4,893 bases of DNA, from positions 1 through 4,893 of the IMG/VR virus record IMGVR_UViG_2693429700_000011; one strand, 5' to 3'. Below the pieces are notes generated by a model. The model saw nothing but the letters and a program-made list of their open reading frames with translations. It was not told the DNA's origin and did not search any database. The translations under genes and the position numbers were made by a program. This DNA is from a virus (taxonomy: Duplodnaviria > Heunggongvirae > Uroviricota > Caudoviricetes). Shown here piece after piece: positions 1 through 4,893 of this stretch. Each line of letters begins with the position of its first letter. Position 1 is the stretch's first letter.

Positions 1-87
1 CTGTGAGTCATATTCATCCTGACTTTCCAGAACCATACGAATCGCCCGCTGACGGACTTCGGGGGAAAAACGAGTATTTTTAGTCAT
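1..87 (-). CDS. IS3-family transposase OrfA, N-terminal 29 codons (partial, runs off window)
   Basis: ATG at complement 85-87. Hand translation gives MTKNTRFSPEVRQRAIRMVLESQDEYDSQ, close to the IS629 OrfA N-terminus as I remember it (MTKNTRFSPEVRQRAVRMVLESQGEYDSQ). Confidence 0.8.
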   Translation of the reverse strand, partial: MTKNTRFSPEVRQRAIRMVLESQDEYDSQ

Positions 88-92
88 CCTGT

Positions 93-2798
93 TTACCTCT
101 TTCTCAGGGAGTTTAGTCTCCAGGATTTCCGGGGCGGTTCAAGTAGCCTTGCTGCATCGGTATTGTTTTGCAGTGCCGCGTGAATATTTTTTGCCTGTTC
201 ATACATCTCCGGACTGATAAACGTTTTCCCGGCATTTTCTTCTTGCTGGCGTTTTTGCCAGTCCTCCAGTGTCACCAGTTCCGGGCGAATTTTCCGTGCG
301 ATTTCGGTTAATTGCTCTTTTGTGCCACTGATGTTGTAAGGCAAAGATTTAGCACGTTCTTTTTTTGCCAGTTCTGGGTCTACAGTTTCAATTTGATCCA
401 GAAGCTGCTCCCGTGCTCCACTGGTTTTCAACAGAGGAGGGAGGCTTGCGTTGTATTCTTTAATACAGGCTTTCATTGCTGATGCTGTGTGTTTTTCCCC
501 CTCAGGAATACGCCGAAATTCCACCGGAAGCGAACCGTAAAGGATGCCTGTTTCTTCGGCCCCGGCACTTACAGACAGTGGCTGTATAAGAGTGCTGTTG
601 TAGCTTTCGATCCACTCTTTCATCTGCTCTGGTGTCATCAGTGCTGGCAGACTGGCATTGTGTTTTTTAATGATGGCGATCAGTTCGCTAGAAGTAGTAA
701 CCACATATTCAGGAACCGGTACCGGAATGGCATATTCATCAGCGAATTTATCCGTTTCCAGAACATAGCTGTGAATGATCCGCCCACGCAGCAGTGCATC
801 ACTTTCCTCGTTCGGAATAGTTCCGGCAATGTGCCGTCCGTGGTAATACATCAGGCTGATACGGGCATCCTTCAGCATCGTGCTGCTTATTCCGTTGGCG
901 GAGTGATAAACCTCGTTCGGGAGGTTTTCATAGCGGCCAGGCTCGAAATATGACGGCCACATGATTTCAGTTGCTACAGGAGCTGACGCTTCACCAGTTT
1001 CATCACTGCAATCACGATGCGGATCGCTGCCAGCATTCTCATTGTGCGGATGTTCAGCGCCTTCCATTTCCTCCGGATCATTTTCCTTAGCTTCAACCTG
1101 ATTCTCTTCATCGAATGTTTCCTGGTATGTTGCGTCGCCCATCACCGCACCACAGTCAGGGCAGTTATCCCCGCCAGTCTGACCGCAGGCATTGCAGACT
1201 ATTTCCGGTTTCTGTTGCACTACTGGCTCAGGTTGTTTCACATCCGGGCTGGTTTTTACAGTTTCTGGCGTGTTTTGTTTCGTTTCTGGCTGGTTCTGGT
1301 ACACAGAGTCGCGAGTCTGGATCCCCTTTACCCATTTCGGATCGTTCGGGTCGCTAATTCCGTCAACAAATTCACCACGTGATGCAGCAAGCAATTTATC
1401 GGCATCGACAGGATTTTTTGATGGAATGTTTTTCCGGGCTTCATGGAGTTCTGCCCGCAGTTTCTGATATTTCGCATCAACAGAATTTACCTGTGACTGA
1501 GCATCCAGCGGCTGCGTGTCCTGATGATGTTCAGTTGCATCCGGTTCCACTGTTTCAGCCGTTGCCTGTTTATCTGCCATTGCGCAAGATGGTTGCGGTT
1601 TTTCTTCACCATCGTGTTTTCCTTCTTCTGTTACACGCTGCGGCATTGGGGCAGAGGAACGACCGCAGGCAATATCCACGATTTCCGGATCAGGGTTGGC
1701 ATGATCGGTTTCAATCAGCACCTTGTTCAGATATTCAGTGACATGCGCAGGGATAACCTCGATCCCAATTGGTGCTTCTTTTACGGACGCAACCACGATG
1801 GCGCGGGAATAATCCAGCCCGCCAGGCATGGTGATGAATTTGTCGCGGAAAACAGAAAAGGGCGGTTTATTTTCAGAGATAATTTCCTCGACACGTTTAG
1901 CGTGTGCCGGATGAAGGTTATAAATGTCCACGTCCATTGAACGGGCCAGGACGCCAGTGGCTACGTCGCGCGCCAGTGACGTCAGATCGTGAACGAAACC
2001 TTCGCCGCGATCGGTGAGGTTCCCGCCGCCAGCATTAGCGCCGGAAGCCGTGCGCGTGATGCGTGAAACACGATTTCCTTTCATCCACTCTTTTGTCAGC
2101 AGACCACGATCGGTGTAGTCTGCGTCCAGGTATGCTTCGAAAAAAGCAGTCATCAGCCCCAGGCTTGAATTGCCTGGATTAGGGAAAACTCTGTCAGTAT
2201 CACGCACCAGTTTGTGGAGATCGCGAATTTCCAGCGGGTCGAGCAGGCTGGTTTTGTGGGAAACAGCCAGGGCAGTAACAGCTGGTAGTTCTTCAGCTCG
2301 TGCAATGTGTAATGCCTGGAGTTCGTCGCGTGAAACGTGCGTTACCGGTTTTTCGCTGCCGTGTTGAGCAAGCCAGCGAATGGGCAGCTCCTGACCGGAA
2401 ATCGGGAGTAGCATATTCTCCTCAATCTCCGTCATGTCTTCGCCATTAACATTGGTATTGTCAGTGCTGGCTGGTTTGTCCTGCGCAGAGGATGAGGGCG
2501 CGATAAATACCATTGTGATGCCATCTTCCCCGCCTTTTTTGTAACGGTTGCAGAATTCCGTATCAAATACGCCCTCTGGTGGAAGGTCATCAACAACGGG
2601 CAAATTGACGCGAACAGGTTTTTTAAAGTCATCTTCATCGTAGCCAGCATCGTCAATCGCAACAGCACCACGGGATATGGCAATGGATAATTTTTTCGCT
2701 TCAGCCCAGTAGAAACCGCCTTTAATACCGAGACGTTTTCTTACTTTGTCATTTTTTGCTTCGTAATACAGTGGGTAAACTTGTTTATCGGTGCTCAT
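93..2798 (-). CDS. recE: RecE-like exodeoxyribonuclease VIII (Rac prophage type), 3' end interrupted by IS insertion; ORF is a recE-IS chimera and probably non-functional
   Basis: 901-aa ORF from the track. ATG at complement 2796-2798 with GAGG about 11 nt upstream. Internal sequence ([45 protein letters not shown]...[27 protein letters not shown]...) matches E. coli RecE as I remember it. Synteny with racC, ydaE and kilR supports the call. The frame crosses the IS junction at 141/142, so roughly the last 15-16 residues and the TAA stop (93-95) are IS-encoded. Confidence 0.85.
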   Translation of the reverse strand: MSTDKQVYPLYYEAKNDKVRKRLGIKGGFYWAEAKKLSIAISRGAVAIDDAGYDEDDFKKPVRVNLPVVDDLPPEGVFDTEFCNRYKKGGEDGITMVFIAPSSSAQDKPASTDNTNVNGEDMTEIEENMLLPISGQELPIRWLAQHGSEKPVTHVSRDELQALHIARAEELPAVTALAVSHKTSLLDPLEIRDLHKLVRDTDRVFPNPGNSSLGLMTAFFEAYLDADYTDRGLLTKEWMKGNRVSRITRTASGANAGGGNLTDRGEGFVHDLTSLARDVATGVLARSMDVDIYNLHPAHAKRVEEIISENKPPFSVFRDKFITMPGGLDYSRAIVVASVKEAPIGIEVIPAHVTEYLNKVLIETDHANPDPEIVDIACGRSSAPMPQRVTEEGKHDGEEKPQPSCAMADKQATAETVEPDATEHHQDTQPLDAQSQVNSVDAKYQKLRAELHEARKNIPSKNPVDADKLLAASRGEFVDGISDPNDPKWVKGIQTRDSVYQNQPETKQNTPETVKTSPDVKQPEPVVQQKPEIVCNACGQTGGDNCPDCGAVMGDATYQETFDEENQVEAKENDPEEMEGAEHPHNENAGSDPHRDCSDETGEASAPVATEIMWPSYFEPGRYENLPNEVYHSANGISSTMLKDARISLMYYHGRHIAGTIPNEESDALLRGRIIHSYVLETDKFADEYAIPVPVPEYVVTTSSELIAIIKKHNASLPALMTPEQMKEWIESYNSTLIQPLSVSAGAEETGILYGSLPVEFRRIPEGEKHTASAMKACIKEYNASLPPLLKTSGAREQLLDQIETVDPELAKKERAKSLPYNISGTKEQLTEIARKIRPELVTLEDWQKRQQEENAGKTFISPEMYEQAKNIHAALQNNTDAARLLEPPRKSWRLNSLRKR
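105..141 (-). repeat. Terminal inverted repeat (IRL) of the IS3-family element; inner boundary approximate
   Basis: Outermost ~37 bp of the element starting with TGAACCGCCCC on the minus strand. The right-hand copy is outside the window, so the IR length cannot be measured here. Confidence 0.55.
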
Positions 2799-2867
2799 TG
2801 TTTTTTTAACCTCAACTTAGATTAAAATTACTGCGAGTGATGAATAAATGTCCCAGGTTCTTCACTC

Positions 2868-2900
2868 AGGCCTGCACAGTGTGCAGGCTTTCTTTTTTTT
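2868..2900 (+). terminator. Intrinsic (rho-independent) terminator-like hairpin plus T-tract, oriented on the plus strand, antisense to the racC-recE operon
   Basis: Perfect 8-bp GC-rich stem GCCTGCAC (2870-2877) / GTGCAGGC (2881-2888) with loop AGT, extendable by flanking A-T and G-U pairs. It is followed directly by TTTCTTTTTTTT (2889-2900). On the minus strand the hairpin is preceded, not followed, by the A/T run, so it is not a terminator for recE-direction transcription. Confidence 0.5.
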
Positions 2901-2928
2901 CAGATTTCACCCTTTGATTTCATTGCAA

Positions 2929-3174
2929 TCAGAGTTGCCAGAAATTCGGCTTTTTTTCTGCGGGCAGATTCTTTCCGATATGCACCAGGCACATTTTTTT
3001 GACGCCTTCGTTAAGTGTTTTAACGTTGCCTGATGGACCGTCGATATCAACCACAGTGAAAGGGGTTTCTTTATTTTCTGTTTTAATCACGTAGCCAATA
3101 CGCTTTCCTTCCAGGCTGACTTCGTGAACAATGTCATCAGTAGTAACAACAGTGGCTTCATAACTGGTAATCAT
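2929..3174 (-). CDS. racC: RacC (Rac prophage small protein), 81 aa
   Basis: Track ORF 2929-3222 contains MITSYEATVVTTDDIVHEVSLEGKRIGYVIKTENKETPFTVVDIDGPSGNVKTLNEGVKKMCLVHIGKNL..., matching RacC as I remember it. I place the start at the internal ATG (complement 3172-3174) because AAGGAG sits 6 nt upstream; the longer track ORF would translate through this RBS. Confidence 0.7.
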   Translation of the reverse strand: MITSYEATVVTTDDIVHEVSLEGKRIGYVIKTENKETPFTVVDIDGPSGNVKTLNEGVKKMCLVHIGKNLPAEKKPNFWQL

Positions 3175-3248
3175 GTTTTTCTCCTTAATTAAGGTTGAGC
3201 GAATCCCTGCCATTGCTGGCATAAACTCAGTTTCGGATAGTCAGTTAA

Positions 3249-3419
3249 TTAAAGTTCGTGTGCCATCTGGTCTTTTTCGGCACAGATTTCACTACAATAT
3301 TTTTTCATTTCCGTCGTTGGTATAACTCCACGCATGAAATGAAGTGGTCTTGTAATGATTTTGCTTTCTTCAATTTCTTTATTGCAAAGGTGATAAGCAC
3401 ATTTTATTTTCTTAGTCAT
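3249..3419 (-). CDS. ydaE: YdaE-like small Cys4 (putative zinc-binding) protein, 56 aa
   Basis: Not in the ORF track (too short). Hand translation of the minus strand gives [56 protein letters not shown] with stop TAA at complement 3249-3251. It has C-x4-C ... C-x3-C spacing and sits between racC and kilR as in Rac. The ATG overlaps the kilR stop. Confidence 0.65.
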   Translation of the reverse strand: MTKKIKCAYHLCNKEIEESKIITRPLHFMRGVIPTTEMKKYCSEICAEKDQMAHEL

Positions 3420-3640
3420 TACCATGACTCCGCCTTTACAGGTAAACCATCACGACCGAGGAAGACTCTAATCATGCAGTCAGAAATGCATGTTTTTGTA
3501 GTCAGGCTACGAATATAAAGTTTTCGCTTTTTAATATTGTTTGCCGAGGCGATATATGTCCGACCTTCATGAAGAACATAATCGCCAGGGGTCACACACT
3601 GACGTGGTATTTCATCAGTTCCGAAGTGATGAGCAATCAT
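3419..3640 (-). CDS. kilR: KilR (Rac prophage killing protein, cell-division inhibitor), 73 aa
   Basis: Track ORF 3419-3652 reads [78 protein letters not shown] place the start at the second ATG (complement 3638-3640) because GGAG lies 7 nt upstream of it; the first ATG would consume that RBS. The stop TAA (3419-3421) overlaps the ydaE ATG. Confidence 0.7.
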   Translation of the reverse strand: MIAHHFGTDEIPRQCVTPGDYVLHEGRTYIASANNIKKRKLYIRSLTTKTCISDCMIRVFLGRDGLPVKAESW

Positions 3641-3661
3641 AATTATCTCCATTTTTACAAA

Positions 3662-3810
3662 TGAATTTTGTCGATGCGGTGCCTGGTGCCTCCAGGTGAC
3701 GTTAACCAGTTAACAATTAACGCCGGATACAGAGAATCCACCCATAACACTGTTTTTGGTTTTAACTGTTCCGCGTGCGCTTAGCCGCATTCACCGCATC
3801 ACAAAATTCA
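3662..3810. repeat. Long-range imperfect inverted repeat (19/20 nt arms) enclosing about 110 bp in the kilR-sieB spacer
   Basis: Left arm TGAATTTTGTCGATGCGGTG (3662-3681). Right arm 3792-3810 is CACCGCATCACAAAATTCA, whose reverse complement is TGAATTTTGTGATGCGGTG. The arms differ by one extra C. The enclosed segment contains a local hairpin CCTGG-TGCCT-CCAGG (3682-3696) and a tandem GGTGCCT GGTGCCT (3678-3691). Confidence 0.6.
3700..3722. repeat. Cluster of three (G/A)TTAAC motifs forming a CGTTAAC...TTAACG palindrome; candidate protein-binding site
   Basis: CGTTAACCAGTTAACAATTAACG: GTTAAC at 3701-3706 and 3710-3715, ATTAAC at 3716-3721. The outer 6-7 nt are reverse complements of each other. 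It lies 60-80 bp upstream of the kilR start codon on the kilR-sense side. Confidence 0.35.
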
Positions 3811-4179
3811 CTTTAAAAAGGGCGGCAGAGCAGCCACGGAGTAAAACTGATACCGCCAAACGTCACCAGAAAATTGATAACAGAGGGCGTTGCAGCGGGG
3901 TTGTCACTTAAGCGTATGGTCAACCTGACAACCCGGTGTCCTCAAGGGGAAGGAATAACCCCGCCATACTTACCGCCGCGCCATTTCGCGGAGTGCCACA
4001 ACCGGAAGTGCACGGTCGAATTAAATTTAACGACATCGTACAGTGAGACGAACTTCGCCGTGTGCTTTCGTGTTGTGTGCCTGTCTTTTTACCACTTCAG
4101 GCTCGGTGGTCTCGGCTATACCCCTACAGCGAGAGTCTGTGATAGCATTTTGATACCCTTACAGTAGAGAGTTATTAAT

Positions 4180-4713
4180 ATGCCTGATGTATTCGGCTTG
4201 TTGAGCAAGTTATTCAGTAACGAACCCTTAGAGCGCCTTATGTACATGCTTATTATCTTTGTTTTGATATTGCTCTTTATGCCTGATTCTGTGCCGGAGT
4301 ATGTTCAAGACAAAATCAGCATTCCTTATATTTACCCGGTATTCGTTTTTGCCTTTTCTTTTGTGCTGGCTATAAATCTCCAACGTTTAGCTTTATTTCT
4401 TCGTAAGATCTGGCGAAGTCACCGGAACAACACAAGAGAACAAAAAATAATCAGCCATATCAATGCAGTTATCGATTCCTTGACTGCGGGTCAGAAAAAA
4501 ATTCTCATTACGGCATTATCGAGGAACTATCCTGTGATCCATGCTGTACGCAATGATTCTGATATAAAAAAACTGGTATCTGCTAATATTTTGCTCCCCA
4601 TGGAAGGGCAACTCCTTCCCGACGAAAATCCATACTGCGTTTTGCACATAAACGATATTTTCTGGCGTGCCCTCATGCTCAGATGGAATGCCTATAGCGG
4701 TGAGATTGAGTGA
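4180..4713 (+). CDS. sieB: SieB-like superinfection exclusion / abortive-infection membrane protein (putative); start codon uncertain
   Basis: 177-aa track ORF with two predicted transmembrane helices (LMYMLIIFVLILLFM and IPYIYPVFVFAFSFVLAINL) followed by a ~110-aa soluble tail. It is divergent from kilR, at the position sieB occupies in Rac. Assignment is by synteny and topology, not remembered sequence identity. Only a weak GAGAG RBS precedes the 4180 ATG; in-frame Met21 and Met23 (4240, 4246) are alternative starts. Confidence 0.5.
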   Translation: MPDVFGLLSKLFSNEPLERLMYMLIIFVLILLFMPDSVPEYVQDKISIPYIYPVFVFAFSFVLAINLQRLALFLRKIWRSHRNNTREQKIISHINAVIDSLTAGQKKILITALSRNYPVIHAVRNDSDIKKLVSANILLPMEGQLLPDENPYCVLHINDIFWRALMLRWNAYSGEIE

Positions 4714-4714
4714 T

Positions 4715-4740
4715 CTTATTGCTCTCAAGCAATAATTTAA
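4715..4740 (+). terminator. Weak AT-rich hairpin just downstream of the sieB-like stop (possible terminator)
   Basis: TTATTGCT (4716-4723) / AGCAATAA (4728-4735), loop CTCA, followed only by TTT. The stem is AT-rich and the U-tract is short, so support is weak. Confidence 0.25.
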
Positions 4741-4817
4741 CGCTCCTTACCTGCCTCTGGTTTATTGAGAGTTTGAAACAAACTTTAGACTGGCCCCCTG
4801 AATCTCCAGACAACCAA

Positions 4818-4837
4818 TATCACTTATTTAAGTGATA
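4818..4837. promoter_or_regulatory. Palindrome inside the IS2 left end (TATCACTT-ATTT-AAGTGATA); likely the IS2 promoter/OrfA-repressor site
   Basis: Perfect 8-bp arms with a 4-bp spacer, seen directly. Attribution to IS2 transposase-promoter autoregulation by InsA is from memory of the IS2 literature. Confidence 0.5.
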
Positions 4838-4876
4838 GTCTTAATACTAGTTTTTAGACTAGTCATTGGAGAGCAG

Positions 4877-4893
4877 ATGATTGATGTCTTAGG
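4877..4893 (+). CDS. insC: IS2 OrfA (InsC-type) N-terminus, first 5 codons plus partial (runs off window)
   Basis: GGAG at 4868-4871, ATG at 4877-4879, then ATT GAT GTC TTA GG giving MIDVLG, the IS2 OrfA N-terminus as I remember it. Confidence 0.7.

Larger units (their letters stand above)
1..141 (-). mobile_element. IS3-family insertion sequence (IS629/IS3411-like), left end only; element continues beyond window start
   Basis: Minus strand reads TGAACCGCCCCGGAAATCCTGGAGACTAAACTCCCTGAGAAAGAGGTAAACAGG then ATG. This matches my memory of the IS629-group left terminal repeat (TG...start, then OrfA start). The terminal TG of the element is the complement of 140-141. Not confirmed by database search. 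Confidence 0.8.
4786..4893 (+). mobile_element. IS2 insertion sequence, left end (IRL plus start of orfA); element continues beyond window end
   Basis: TAGACTGGCCCCCTGAATCTCCAGACAACCAATATCACTTATTTAAGTGATAGTCTTAATACTAGTTTTTAGACTAGTCATTGGAGAGCAGATGATTGATGTCTTAGG matches the IS2 left end as I remember it, including the ORF starting MIDVLG. Element start placed at TAGACTGG (4786). Not confirmed by database search. Confidence 0.8.

Noticed and set aside
489-2367. Seven plus-strand ORFs (489-953, 1017-1382, 1115-1357, 1192-1467, 1379-1741, 1524-1940, 2170-2367) inside the recE interval
   Set aside because: All are antisense to a 2.7-kb ORF with strong family support. They overlap one another in different frames, lack convincing RBSs, and have low-complexity, Cys/Phe/Arg-rich translations typical of antisense frames.
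2432-2683. Minus-strand 83-aa ORF within recE
   Set aside because: Alternative frame of the recE coding strand; fully embedded in recE with no independent support.
2848-3033. Plus-strand 61-aa ORF
   Set aside because: Reads straight through the terminator hairpin and T-tract and is antisense to racC; homopolymer-driven Phe-rich translation.
3175-3222. N-terminal extension of racC (MPAMAGIRSTLIKEKN...)
   Set aside because: The extension would translate through the AAGGAG RBS that precedes the internal ATG at 3174; the shorter start is far more plausible.
3258-3518. Plus-strand 86-aa ORF
   Set aside because: Antisense to ydaE and kilR; AT-rich, Phe-rich translation; no RBS.
3641-3652. N-terminal extension of kilR (MEII...)
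   Set aside because: GGAG is correctly spaced for the second ATG (3640); the first ATG overlaps that RBS and has none of its own.
3662-3810. Retron msr/msd-like ncRNA flanked by inverted repeats
   Set aside because: No reverse transcriptase gene is present anywhere in the window and there is no other retron hallmark; the inverted repeat alone is insufficient.
3874-4167. Plus-strand 97-aa ORF in the kilR-sieB spacer
   Set aside because: Starts at TTG with no RBS; the internal ATG (3916) also lacks an RBS. The product is Cys/Pro/Arg-rich and looks non-coding. The interval is reported as a non-coding structured region instead.
4516-4728. Minus-strand 70-aa ORF
   Set aside because: Antisense to the sieB-like gene; no RBS and no family resemblance.
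4818-4837. TATCAC...GTGATA palindrome resembling lambda CI-type operator half-sites
   Set aside because: It lies inside the IS2 left end and is explained by IS2 itself rather than a prophage immunity operator.
1-4893. CRISPR arrays, tRNA or rRNA genes
   Set aside because: No regularly spaced direct repeats and no tRNA-like or rRNA-like sequence found on either strand. The GGTCGAATT near 4015 resembles a T-loop only superficially, with no acceptor or anticodon stems.

Overview
This window looks like a decaying fragment of a Rac-type lambdoid prophage (recombination/kil block), cut at both edges by insertion sequences. Calls rest on reading the sequence and on remembered protein families; no database search was possible. 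On the minus strand, from left to right: the left end of an IS3-family element (IS629/IS3411-like) with the first 29 codons of its OrfA (1-141); a 901-codon RecE-like exonuclease VIII ORF whose last ~16 codons and stop lie inside the IS terminal repeat (93-2798); racC (2929-3174); ydaE (3249-3419, a 56-aa Cys4 protein absent from the ORF track); and kilR (3419-3640, stop overlapping the ydaE start in TAATG). A 539-bp ORF-poor spacer (3641-4179) follows, then a plus-strand two-helix membrane protein in the position of sieB (4180-4713), then the left end of an IS2 element with its OrfA start (4786-4893). I do not see a convincing new multi-gene system. The features worth a second look are the structured, repeat-rich kilR-sieB spacer, a strong intrinsic terminator oriented antisense to the recE operon, and the IS-generated recE truncation.
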